The translations under genes were made by a program, and so were the position numbers. DNA of 64,000 nucleotides from Polyangiaceae bacterium (GTDB taxonomy: Bacteria; Myxococcota_A; Polyangia; Polyangiales; Polyangiaceae). Position 1 is the first letter of the stretch, and every line of letters begins with the position of its first letter. The notes under the pieces were generated by a model that worked only from the letters and a program-made list of their open reading frames with translations, was not told where the DNA came from and made no database searches. The DNA lies in assembly GCA_035063585.1 (NCBI GenBank), contig JAPSGB010000010.1:1-64000 (forward strand), read 5' to 3'. Positions 19,466 through 28,610 of this stretch are shown here, piece by piece.

Positions 19466-20803
19466 TCAGGTGAGCTCGAGCGCGTCGCGGAGCTCGCGCT
19501 CGAAGTCGTCGAGCGCGGCGGAGGCGAGCCCCGGTGCGGCGTAGAGCTCGAGGTGGAGCGCGCCGCGGAAGCCGTGAGCGACGACCGAAGGGATGGGGAC
19601 CCCGCGGGCGTTGGGACCGATGATCCGCACGTCCTCGAGATCCTCGCCGAGCGCGCGGAGACCGGTGTCGAGCCGACCGACGTTGGTCAGCATCATTCCA
19701 CGCTCGAGTGGGAGCCCGATGAGCACCGGGTGCAGGAGCCGCGTCACGCGGCGCGCGAGCGCGTGTGGCAGCCCGAGCCCGAGCAGATGAGGGACGAGGA
19801 GGGTCGCCGGGCCGGCGAGCCCGCGGCGCTGCGCCCCGGTGACTCGCGCCACCGCGGCGAGCGAGGCGTCGAGGCTCACGGTCGCCCGGCGCGGCACGAA
19901 CACGGTGAGGATACTCGAGGTGTTGGCCGCGACGAGCCGCGGCCGGCCCGCGTAGCGGCGGAGATCCATGGTGTAGAGGATCGGGAGCGCCCCCGCGCCG
20001 GGCGCGGCGCGCCCGGCCGTGACCCGCGCGAGCGCGGCGATGATCGCGTCGTTCAGGCTCGCACCCTCCGCGCTCGCGCGCGCCTTCAGGCGCGCCGTCT
20101 CGTCCGGGGAGAGGCGCACGTGCCGCCAGTGCGACGCTCCGCCCGGCTCCGTCGGGAAGCCACGTTCGCGCGGCGCGGCGCGGAGCACGGCGAGCGGCGT
20201 CGCGAGCGCGCGGGCCGCGTCGCGGGCGAGCGCGGGTAGGTGCCAGGGGCGCAGCGCAGCCAGCGAGCTCGCGAGATCACGCCTCGGATCGATCTCGGCG
20301 ATCGGCGCGCTCCCGGTGAGCGCCGCGGCGAGCACGCTGCCGACCGCCGCCATCCCCGCGCCGTCCACCGCGAGGTGCGAGAGCGTCACGAGCACCCGTG
20401 AACCTGCTCCGCGCGGGAGCGATACGAGCCGCAGCGGTCGCTCGCGGGTGAGCGCGAGCGTGCGGCGCGCCCACGCGATGGTCTCGCGCTCGAGGTCGAG
20501 CTCGCCTTCGACGACGTGCACCAGCTCGGCGATCGGTCGCGCGCTCGGGCGCCAGCGATCACGAACCAGGCGGGGCTGATAGACGCAGCCGAGGACCGGG
20601 AATGCGGCGATCGCGGCGGCGACCGCGCGCTCGAGCTCGGCCCGCGTGAAGCGACGCCGGAGATCGAGGGTCACGTGGGTGACCAGATCGCCGTAGCGGG
20701 CCTCGGAGGCGAACAGGGCGACGTCGACGAGCTCCGCGGTGAGCACGCTCTCGCGTGTAATCGGGGGTCGTGGGCGCGGCAATCGGTCCGGGCGAGGTTT
20801 CAT
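19466..20803 (-). CDS. Stand-alone condensation-domain/CoA-dependent acyltransferase fold protein
   Basis: SHLAVDG (HxxxDG), GASLNDAIIAA, MDLRRY and LTNVG motifs. Confidence 0.65.
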   Translation of the reverse strand: MKPRPDRLPRPRPPITRESVLTAELVDVALFASEARYGDLVTHVTLDLRRRFTRAELERAVAAAIAAFPVLGCVYQPRLVRDRWRPSARPIAELVHVVEGELDLERETIAWARRTLALTRERPLRLVSLPRGAGSRVLVTLSHLAVDGAGMAAVGSVLAAALTGSAPIAEIDPRRDLASSLAALRPWHLPALARDAARALATPLAVLRAAPRERGFPTEPGGASHWRHVRLSPDETARLKARASAEGASLNDAIIAALARVTAGRAAPGAGALPILYTMDLRRYAGRPRLVAANTSSILTVFVPRRATVSLDASLAAVARVTGAQRRGLAGPATLLVPHLLGLGLPHALARRVTRLLHPVLIGLPLERGMMLTNVGRLDTGLRALGEDLEDVRIIGPNARGVPIPSVVAHGFRGALHLELYAAPGLASAALDDFERELRDALELT

Positions 20804-20877
20804 CCTCGAGCGGCCGCGTTCGCGTGGCGAGAAGCAGCGGTAGCGACGCCGGCGCGGAAAACGGCTAGACCGCCGCC

Positions 20878-22134
20878 ATGTCCCGCGTCGCCAGGGTCGA
20901 GCTCTTTCACGTCGTCATCCCGCTCCCGGCGACGTTTCGCCCGGCATGGATCCCGGGGCTCCCCCAGAACGAGAACCGCTTCACGCTCATCCGAGTGACC
21001 ACCGACGACGGCGTCGAGGGGTACGGCGCTGGGCCTGCGATGGGTCGCGAGCGCGCGGGGCTCGGAGAGCTCCTCGGGCCGTATCTCCTCGGCGCGGACG
21101 CGACCGACATCGAGCTCGTCCAGCAGCGGCTCCGCGAGATTGGCTATCTCGGGTGGAAGAACTGGTGGATCGAGCCGGCGTTTTGGGACATCTCCGGCAA
21201 GCTCGCGGGGAAGTCCGTGTGCGAGCTGCTCGGCGGGACCGCGCGCACGGTCGAGCTCTACGCCTCGAGTGGGGAGGTGCGCGAGCCCGGCGCGCGCGTC
21301 GAGGAGGCCGAGGCGCGCTACGCGGAAGGATTTCGCGCGTTCAAGCTGCGGGTCCACGATTTCGATCCCCGCGTGGACGAGCGTCAGGTGAGCGAGACGG
21401 CCGAGGCGCTCGGCGGCCGCATGAAGCTCGGCGTGGACGTGAACCAGGCCTGGCGCGTCACCATCGTGAGCAACGCGCCGCGCTGGGATCTCGCTCGAGC
21501 CCGGCGCTTCACGGAGGTCTGCGCGGACGCGGGCGTCGCTTGGGTGGAGGAGCCGCTTGCGATGGACGCCTACGACGACCTCGCCGCGCTCACCGCGGAG
21601 AGCCGCGTCCGGGTTACCGGCGGCGAGCTTCACACGGCCGGCCTGCCGGAGCTCGCCATGATGATCGACCGGCGCTGCTACTCGGCATTCCAGCCGGACG
21701 CGGTGTTCACCGGTGGTATCGCGCAGAGCATCGAGGTGGCGCGGCTCTGCCGGCGGCGTGGCCTCGGCTTCACCCCGCACACCTGGACGAACGGCATCGG
21801 CTTTGCCGTCAACCTGCAGGTCTTCGCGGCGAGCGGCTTCGCGGGCGAGGAGTTGCTCGAGTATCCGCTCGATCCACCCGGCTGGGTGCCCGAGGCGCGC
21901 GACGGGTTGCTCGAGGAGCCGTTCGTCCACGATCGCGGCACGCTCCGCGTGCCGGATGCGCCCGGGCTCGGGTTCCGCATCGCTCCACGCGCGCTCGCGC
22001 GCTACGGCGAGCGGTTCTTCGTGATGGACAAGAAGCGTCTCGTGTGGTTCTCCCTGAGAAATCGCGGGCTCCGCGCCAGCCTCGAGATCGCGAAGCGCCA
22101 GCGCGCCGCGCGAGCTCCTCGCGGGGCGCGCTGA
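20878..22134 (+). CDS. Mandelate racemase/muconate lactonizing enzyme (enolase superfamily)
   Basis: IRVTTDDGVEGYG, AFWDISGK..GKSVCELLGG, FKLR, DVNQ, WVEEP, GGE, QPD and PHTW motifs. Confidence 0.9.
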   Translation: MSRVARVELFHVVIPLPATFRPAWIPGLPQNENRFTLIRVTTDDGVEGYGAGPAMGRERAGLGELLGPYLLGADATDIELVQQRLREIGYLGWKNWWIEPAFWDISGKLAGKSVCELLGGTARTVELYASSGEVREPGARVEEAEARYAEGFRAFKLRVHDFDPRVDERQVSETAEALGGRMKLGVDVNQAWRVTIVSNAPRWDLARARRFTEVCADAGVAWVEEPLAMDAYDDLAALTAESRVRVTGGELHTAGLPELAMMIDRRCYSAFQPDAVFTGGIAQSIEVARLCRRRGLGFTPHTWTNGIGFAVNLQVFAASGFAGEELLEYPLDPPGWVPEARDGLLEEPFVHDRGTLRVPDAPGLGFRIAPRALARYGERFFVMDKKRLVWFSLRNRGLRASLEIAKRQRAARAPRGAR

Positions 22135-22225
22135 GCCTGCGTGCCGCGCCGCGGCATTCGGCGCGACGCCGGCGGCGCCAGCGACGCGATGACACGAGCC
22201 GAGACTTCGAGTAGAAGTCGCGCTC

Positions 22226-23644
22226 GTGTCAGCCGGGGAAGCACGAGAAAAGCGCCCGCTCAAGGACGACCTGCGCGACCTCATGCGGTCGCCGCGCGAG
22301 CTCTGGCTCGCGTACCTCATCTGGTTCGTCGAGAGCATCGGGATCTTCTCGATGCTCTACACGCTCGTGCTCTGGCTCTCGGTCGATTTCCACTACGACG
22401 ACGAGGGCGCCGCGTTCTGGGCGACGGTGTTCTCGAGCCTCGCCACGCTGCTCATGCTGGTCGCTGGTTTCGTGGGCGACGCGCTCGGGATGCGCCGCGG
22501 GCTCATCGCGAGTCTCGGGCTCCTCGCCGTCGGGCGCTTCTTCATGGGGTTCGCCACGGAGCGCGAGATGGCGATCGGCGGACTCATCGTGATGTCGCTC
22601 GGCTACGCTGGGTGTACGCCGGTGCTGAACACCGCCTTCCGCCGGTTCTCGCACCCGCGCGCACGCGCCTTCGCCTTCTCGATCTATTACGTCGTGATGA
22701 ACCTCGGCGCCGCCGTCGCGGGTTTTCTGGTGGACGCTTGCCGCGCGCCGTTCCTCTCCGCCGACGGCAAGACGCTCGCGCCGAAGCTGCTCGAGTTCCC
22801 GTTCATCGGCGCGCACGTGCTCTCGGCGTATCGCCTGGTGTTCCTCATCGGCGCGGGGCTCGCCGCGCTAGCCTTCCTGCTCACGCTCCTGGTGCGCGAC
22901 TCGGCCGACGTCGAGCGCGACGTCGCACCCGAGCCCGCCGAGCCCGCGGAGCGCGCCCGCGCGCCCTGGTCCATCGCACGCGAGGTGATGCGTGAGGTCA
23001 CGTTCTGGCGCTTCATGCTGCTCATCGCGCTCCTCGTGTTCGTGAAGATGATCTTCCAGCACAGCCACTTTACGCTGCCGAAATACGCGATCCGCGAGCT
23101 CGGAGAGAGCTTCCCGCTCGGTAAGTTTCAGACGATAAATCCCATTTCCATCATGATCCTGGTGCCGATCGTGACCGCGCTCACCCGGCACATGCCCGCT
23201 TATCGCGTCATCTTCGTCGGGAGCGTCATCACCGCCGCATCGGTGTTCGTGCTGCTCGCCCCAGCGTCGTACTTCACCATCGCGGCCTTCTATCTCCTCC
23301 TCTCGGTCGGCGAGGCGCTCTGGTCACCGCGGAGCTACGAGTACATCGCCACCATCGCGCCGCGCGGTCGCGAGTCCTCCTACATGGGGCTCAGCGGGCT
23401 GCCCTTCTTCGTGGCCAAGCTCGGCGCGCTGCCGCTCTCTGGCTGGCTGCTCGCGCGCTACTGCCCGCCCGATGGTCCCCGCGAGTCCTGGATGATGTGG
23501 CTCATCATCGGGCTTACCACCGCGATCGCTCCGGTGCTCATGTTCACGCTCCGTAAGGTGATCGAGGGGCCGCGCGCGGCGCCCATCGAAGCGGCGGAAG
23601 AGCCCGAGGAGCCGGACGAGCCGCCCGCCGCTGCGGTGGCCTGA
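22226..23644 (+). CDS. MFS transporter, POT/peptide-transporter-like
   Basis: About 12 TM segments; GFVGDALG.RR, AFSIYYVVMNLG, TINP and VGEALWSPR motifs. Confidence 0.85.
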   Translation: MSAGEAREKRPLKDDLRDLMRSPRELWLAYLIWFVESIGIFSMLYTLVLWLSVDFHYDDEGAAFWATVFSSLATLLMLVAGFVGDALGMRRGLIASLGLLAVGRFFMGFATEREMAIGGLIVMSLGYAGCTPVLNTAFRRFSHPRARAFAFSIYYVVMNLGAAVAGFLVDACRAPFLSADGKTLAPKLLEFPFIGAHVLSAYRLVFLIGAGLAALAFLLTLLVRDSADVERDVAPEPAEPAERARAPWSIAREVMREVTFWRFMLLIALLVFVKMIFQHSHFTLPKYAIRELGESFPLGKFQTINPISIMILVPIVTALTRHMPAYRVIFVGSVITAASVFVLLAPASYFTIAAFYLLLSVGEALWSPRSYEYIATIAPRGRESSYMGLSGLPFFVAKLGALPLSGWLLARYCPPDGPRESWMMWLIIGLTTAIAPVLMFTLRKVIEGPRAAPIEAAEEPEEPDEPPAAAVA

Positions 23645-23679
23645 GGGGATGATGGGCGGTCCGGCGTGGCCGGCGTCAC

Positions 23680-24528
23680 CTAGAGCTTGAACACCCGCTT
23701 TGCGTTGCCCGAGAGGATCGCCTCGAGCGCTTCTGGGCGGAGCTCGAGCTCGTCGAACTGCTGGAGGTAGCGCTCCCAGCTCAGGCCGTTCGAGCCGAAG
23801 ATGACCTTCTGCGCGCCAGTGCGGGACTTCATGAACGTAGTCAGCGCCGGGCTGAAGTAGCGAGGGAGCCACGCGCTCACGTTCAGGTAGACGTTCGGCC
23901 ACTTGGTGGTGACCGCCAGCATTTCGTCGACCCAGGGCCAGCCGGTATGAGTCCCGACCAGAGTGAGGTTGGGAAAATCGCACGCGATGCGATCGAGCAC
24001 CATCGGGTGCCCGTGCTCGCTCGGCATGGCCTCGAGCACGTGCCCGACCTGCATCTGCACCGGCAACCCGAGCTGCTCGCACCGCGCGTAGAGCGGATAC
24101 ATCTTCCGGTGGTCGAGCGGGATGTCGTACCCGTAGATGTGGATGTAGACGCCCCTATAGCCGCGCTCGCTCACGTCGCGGTCGAGCTTCTCGAGACTCT
24201 CTCGGATGTGCATCGGGTCGTAGTCGGCGAGCCCGTAGACGCGCCCCGGGTACTCCTTCGTGAGCTTCGCGATGGTCTCGGTCATGTCGAGCGCGAAGCG
24301 CGTCTGGCGCATGTAGGACCACGCGAGCAGATCGGTGGCGAGCACCGTCTCGATCTTCGCCGCGTCCATCGCGGCGATGAGCTCGGCGCCGTCGGCGTAG
24401 CCGTCACCCCAGGACTGCTCCACCTTGCATTTCAGCTCACCGGGTGAGTTGGTAGCGTTCACCCAGCTCTGTTTCCACTCCTTCAGGAGCAGCGGGAAGA
24501 GACAGTCGACGGCGCGGTACTCGGACAT
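23680..24528 (-). CDS. Amidohydrolase family 2 protein
   Basis: YPLYARCEQLGLPV, DRIACDFPNL.LVGTHTGWPW, KWPNVY and KVIFGSN motifs; GGAGG SD before ATG 24528. Confidence 0.85.
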   Translation of the reverse strand: MSEYRAVDCLFPLLLKEWKQSWVNATNSPGELKCKVEQSWGDGYADGAELIAAMDAAKIETVLATDLLAWSYMRQTRFALDMTETIAKLTKEYPGRVYGLADYDPMHIRESLEKLDRDVSERGYRGVYIHIYGYDIPLDHRKMYPLYARCEQLGLPVQMQVGHVLEAMPSEHGHPMVLDRIACDFPNLTLVGTHTGWPWVDEMLAVTTKWPNVYLNVSAWLPRYFSPALTTFMKSRTGAQKVIFGSNGLSWERYLQQFDELELRPEALEAILSGNAKRVFKL

Positions 24529-24697
24529 CGTTCCTCCACTATCATCGCGCGCGAGATCGCGCGCTCGGACCGCGGGGATATGACGACGGATCGCCCCTTC
24601 GTGAAAGGCCTGGCGAGCCGCGGCATGACGTCCGTCGTGTCCGCGGGTCAGGGGCTCGCGAGCGTCTGGTCGGGAAGCCTCCGCGCGCGGCTCGCGG

Positions 24698-25615
24698 TCA
24701 CTTCTTGCGCGGCGGGAGGCGCGGGGCGTGATTGGTCCCGGTCGGGGCCGTGGTCGCGGTGGCCGTCGGGGCCGTGGTCGCGGTGGCCGTCGGGGCCGTG
24801 GTCGCGGTGGCCGTCGGGGCCGTGGTCGCGGTCGCGGTGGCCGTCGCCGTCGCGGTGGGCTTCGGCTTCGCGGTCGCCGTCGCGGTGGGCTTCGCGGTCG
24901 CGACCGCCACCGGCGCGGGCTCCGCGGACGTGGGCTCGGCCGTCGCGACGGCCGTTGCCGGCGCAACCTCGGCCGTCACCTCGGTGGCGGGCGCGGCGGT
25001 GGTCGCGCTCGGGGCAGGCTCATCGTCCGCGCTTCGATTCGTCAGCACCAAGAGGATGGCGATCGCGCCGCCCAGGACCACGAGCACGCTGACGAGCCCG
25101 AGGATGAGCCCCGTGCTCGAGCGCTTGCGCGGCGCGTTCGGAAGCGGCGCCGCGCCGTAGCTCGCGCCCGGCGCGGACCCCGCGATATAGGGGCCGGGGA
25201 TGTACGGCTGCGGGGGTTGGCGCGCGGCGCCATAGGGCGGCGGCGCGGCGCCATAGGGCGGCGGCGCGGCGCCATGGGGCGGCGGCGGGGCGCCCGGCGA
25301 CATCGGCGCGTGCCCGGGAGGAGCGCCGCCGTACTGCATCGGCGCGCCGGCGTGAGGTGCCGGGAAGCCCGCGGGCGAGATCAGGGGCGGCTCACCGAGC
25401 TGCGTGTGCCCGGGGCGGTCCCACGGCGGCGCCGCGTTCGGCGCGCCCTCGTCGTCCACGACGGTGGGGGAGGCGGACGGCCTCGTGGGCCCTGCCGAAG
25501 CGCCGGGGAGCGCCGTCATCGCGTCCGTCGGGGGGCTCAGCCTCGGCGGCGCGGCGTTCTCTTGAACCAAGGTGCCGCCTCGCGGCCGCGCGTTCCCGCC
25601 CTGCCCGTCGCTCAT
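24698..25615 (-). CDS. Pro-rich single-pass membrane protein with Thr/Ala-rich C-terminal tail
   Basis: Pro/Tyr-rich N-terminus, basic stop RKR, one TM segment, then TATATTAP repeats. Confidence 0.7.
   Translation of the reverse strand: MSDGQGGNARPRGGTLVQENAAPPRLSPPTDAMTALPGASAGPTRPSASPTVVDDEGAPNAAPPWDRPGHTQLGEPPLISPAGFPAPHAGAPMQYGGAPPGHAPMSPGAPPPPHGAAPPPYGAAPPPYGAARQPPQPYIPGPYIAGSAPGASYGAAPLPNAPRKRSSTGLILGLVSVLVVLGGAIAILLVLTNRSADDEPAPSATTAAPATEVTAEVAPATAVATAEPTSAEPAPVAVATAKPTATATAKPKPTATATATATATTAPTATATTAPTATATTAPTATATTAPTGTNHAPRLPPRKK
24741..24832. repeat. 24-bp tandem repeat x~3.8 coding for TATATTAP
   Basis: GTCGGGGCCGTGGTCGCGGTGGCC: three exact units plus a partial unit. Confidence 0.9.
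25223..25285. repeat. 21-bp tandem repeat x3 coding for PPP(Y/H)GAA
   Basis: CGCGGCGCCATAGGGCGGCGG twice, plus one variant. Confidence 0.85.
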
Positions 25616-25652
25616 TTATGAACTCTATACCACTAGGCTACGCTCGCGCGCC

Positions 25653-26783
25653 ATGGTGCGCGTCGCGGTCGATGCCCGCTCGGTCACGAGCCGAAGGAGC
25701 GGTATCGGCAATTACGTGGAGGCGCTCCTCGACGAGCTCGTCCCGCTCGCGCCGGACCTCGACTTCCTGCTCCTCAAGAACCCCGACCGGAGCGCGCCGC
25801 TCGCGGCGGGCGCGCGGGTCGAGGAGCGCGTCTTCCCGGGCGAGACCAAATCTGTCCGCACCGTGTTCGAGCTCGGGCGAGCGCTCGCCAGCGCCCGCTG
25901 CGAACTCTATCACTCGCCCGCCGATCTCGTGCCGCTCGGGCTCTCGTGCCCGTACGTCGTCACCATCCACGATCTCATGTGGCTCGAGGCGCGTCGTCTC
26001 GCGTCGAGCTTCCTCCCGGTGCGCCTCGCCAACGGGCTCTGGTACACCGCGAACATCACCCGCGCCATCCGCGGCGCTCGTCGCGTCATCGCCATCAGCG
26101 AGGCGACCGCCGCCGCGATCGGCCGGGTCTTTCCCGAGCACCTGGCGAAGGTCCGCGTCGTGCGTCACGGGCTCGATCTCGCACGCTACGACCCGAGCCG
26201 CGCCGGGCCGCGCAGGCTCCTCGACGGCCTCGTCCCCCCCGGCGTGCGCTTCTCGCTCATCGTCGGGCAGGGGTCACCGTACAAGAACCATGCGGGGATG
26301 GTGAGGGCCTTTGTCGAGGCGGCGCGGAATCGCCCCGATGAGCGCCTCGTCCTCGTGCGGCGCTTCTCGCGTGTCGATTTCGAGATGAAGCGGCTGCTCG
26401 CGCGGCCCGAGGTGCGCGAGAAGGTGCTCGTCGTGCCCTTCGTCTCCGACGAGCACCTGCTCGCGCTCTACCGCTACGCTCGTCAGGTGCTCTTCGTCTC
26501 GCACTACGAGGGCTTCGGGCTGCCCGCGCTCGAGGCGATGGCGCTCGGGACGCCGGTGCTCGCTTCGACCGCGCCGGCGGTGCGCGAGGTGACCGGCGAC
26601 GGCGCCCTCCACGTCGCGTCGACCGATCACGCGGCGATGGTCGCCGCCATCCGCCGCCTCTCGGACGACGAGGCGCTCCGGGACGCGCTCACCGCGGCTG
26701 GGCGCCGCCGCGCGGCGACCTTCTCCTGGCGCCGCGCGGCTGAGCAGACGCTCGCCGTCTACCGCGAAGCGCTCGAGCGATAG
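25653..26783 (+). CDS. Glycosyltransferase family 4 (GT-B)
   Basis: DAR.....SGIGNY, VVTIHDL, PYKN and SHYEGFGLPALEAMALGTPV motifs. Confidence 0.92.
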   Translation: MVRVAVDARSVTSRRSGIGNYVEALLDELVPLAPDLDFLLLKNPDRSAPLAAGARVEERVFPGETKSVRTVFELGRALASARCELYHSPADLVPLGLSCPYVVTIHDLMWLEARRLASSFLPVRLANGLWYTANITRAIRGARRVIAISEATAAAIGRVFPEHLAKVRVVRHGLDLARYDPSRAGPRRLLDGLVPPGVRFSLIVGQGSPYKNHAGMVRAFVEAARNRPDERLVLVRRFSRVDFEMKRLLARPEVREKVLVVPFVSDEHLLALYRYARQVLFVSHYEGFGLPALEAMALGTPVLASTAPAVREVTGDGALHVASTDHAAMVAAIRRLSDDEALRDALTAAGRRRAATFSWRRAAEQTLAVYREALER

Positions 26784-26979
26784 CGGCCGGCGCGCGCGTG
26801 CCGTCGCCAATTGCGGCTTGTGCGACAGTGCCGCTCCGGGAGCGAACGGCCTCACCTTCCCAACGGCGAAATCGTGGTTAGGTTCCGGTTCGAGTCTCCG
26901 GGAAGCCGCCGAGCGATGTGCTCCCTCCGCCCCGGATGATCCGAAAATCCAACGACATTCAGCAGGAGGACGTTTCTCC

Positions 26980-27702
26980 ATGATCACTCTGCATTGGGCC
27001 GCGTGCTTGGGCGCGGCAGCGCTCGCCGTCGCGTGCAACACCACCAACTCCGCCTCCGATACCAGCTCGACCGCCGCGGCCGCTACGCCCGCGGCACCCG
27101 CGGCCGCGCCGTCGGCGGCACCCGCCGCTGCTGCGGGGCCAGCTTCGGCGAATGAGCCGATGGCCATGCCGGCTGGCACGATGAACTGGTACGGCGGTGA
27201 GGCGTACCTCGGCGCTCCGGCGCTCGACGTCACCGCGGCGTTCGTCGAGGCGGGCGGCGGCCCTGAGAAGTTCAGCTTTGCGAAGGCGCTCGTCTCGATG
27301 CTCGGCCAAGAGGCGACCGACGCCGAGGTCGCCAAGCTCGAGAAGCAATACGGTAAGGAGAAGGTCAAGGGCTTCATCGACGGGATGGACTTCGCCATCA
27401 AAGACGCGCTCAAGCGCGCCACCGAGGCGGGCGTAAAGCTCCCGGCTCCGGCGAAGCTCGAAGGCGCGGAGCTCGCCAAGGCGCTCATCAAGGCGGGCCA
27501 GACGCCTGATGGAACCTTCTGGAGCGGGCGGCTCTTCGACGCCGCCGTGTCGCACAAGATCCACAATCAGGTGATGACCGACATCAACGATCAGGTGAGC
27601 CCTGCCGCTGACGAGCTCACCCATCGGCTCTTGAACCAGGCGATGTTCGACGCTGCCGGAGCGCTCGGGATGGAGGGCGTCAAGCTCGCCGCGCTTCACT
27701 GA
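26980..27702 (+). CDS. Conserved-looking helical lipoprotein of unknown function
   Basis: AGGAGG SD, lipobox LAVAC, Ala/Pro linker, then a compact helical domain with typical codon usage. Confidence 0.75.
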   Translation: MITLHWAACLGAAALAVACNTTNSASDTSSTAAAATPAAPAAAPSAAPAAAAGPASANEPMAMPAGTMNWYGGEAYLGAPALDVTAAFVEAGGGPEKFSFAKALVSMLGQEATDAEVAKLEKQYGKEKVKGFIDGMDFAIKDALKRATEAGVKLPAPAKLEGAELAKALIKAGQTPDGTFWSGRLFDAAVSHKIHNQVMTDINDQVSPAADELTHRLLNQAMFDAAGALGMEGVKLAALH

Positions 27703-27749
27703 GCGGCGGCCACCGCGCGCCGTCGCGAACGCGGCGGCGCGCGCCCGGT

Positions 27750-27768
27750 GGTTCCGCGCCGGGCCGAC
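27750..27768 (-). repeat. Dispersed 19-bp element, 1 mismatch
   Basis: Reads GGTTCCGCGCCGGGCCGAC on the + strand. Confidence 0.8.
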
Positions 27769-27816
27769 CCCATCCAGCCGGCTCGCTTCGCGCCCCCGGC
27801 GACTGTCCGCGCGCGC

Positions 27817-28551
27817 TCAGCGCGCAGCCTTCTCGAGCGCCGACAGCACCGCCACTTGAAGTTCGAGGCGGCGCGCGTCGCTGATCGGGGAGTCGTCGAG
27901 CTCGGTGATGAGGAACCGATCCTGGACGCGACCTTCGAGCGTGCGGACCTCGGACTCCAGGATCTGCACGCGCGCCTCGAACAGCGCCTTGGCGAGCGCG
28001 AGGAGGAGCCCGGAGCGATCGCTGGTCTCGATTTCGAGCGTGTTCAGCGCGCCGTCGCTGCCGGTGAGGAAACGCACCAGGGTGCCGGCCGCAGGTGACT
28101 CTGCGCCGCTCGGGCGCTCGGCGGCGCGCGCGTCGAGGCGCCCCTCGAGCAGGTCGATGAGGGTGCGGGTGAGGCGGTCGACGAGCGCGTCATCGACCGG
28201 CGCGGGCTCGCCGTCGGCTTCGACGCCGCGGACCCAAAAGAGATCGACCGCCTCGGCGCGTCGAGCCGGAGTCTTCCGGGTGTAGGCCTCGGCGTCGAGG
28301 ACGTCGAGGCCGGTGAGCACGAGGCCGGCGCTGATGGTCGCGAGCAGCCCGGGCCGATCCTCGGCGACTACGCAGAGAGCGGTGCCCGGGTGGCGGCTCG
28401 ACTCGAAGCGGCCGACGCTAGCGGCCGCGCCGCCGCGCGCGGCCGCGACGCGCGCGTGCGCGTGGATGAGCGCGGGTGGGTAGTTCGTGCGGTAGCCCGC
28501 GGGCATCGAAGCCGTGAACTCGGCGACCCAAGACGGTGAGGGATCGTCCAC
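27817..28551 (-). CDS. Stand-alone tandem ACT-domain protein resembling the GlnD C-terminus
   Basis: VVAEDRPGLLATISAGL...LDVLDAEAYT...AVDLFWV and LEIETSDRSGLL.ALAKAL....VQI..SEVRT....VQDRF.I. Start at GTG 28551, or GTG 28614 overlapping the kinase stop. Confidence 0.8.
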   Translation of the reverse strand: MDDPSPSWVAEFTASMPAGYRTNYPPALIHAHARVAAARGGAAASVGRFESSRHPGTALCVVAEDRPGLLATISAGLVLTGLDVLDAEAYTRKTPARRAEAVDLFWVRGVEADGEPAPVDDALVDRLTRTLIDLLEGRLDARAAERPSGAESPAAGTLVRFLTGSDGALNTLEIETSDRSGLLLALAKALFEARVQILESEVRTLEGRVQDRFLITELDDSPISDARRLELQVAVLSALEKAAR

Positions 28552-28610
28552 GCCGCGAGCATAGTCGCCGGAGCTGCGCTGGCGAGTGAACTCGACCTCG
28601 GCGCTCGAGG

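Noticed and set aside
26860..26912. GGTTCGAGTC resembling a tRNA T-loop
   Set aside because: I could not build a cloverleaf or find a CCA end; tRNAscan-SE/ARAGORN would settle it.
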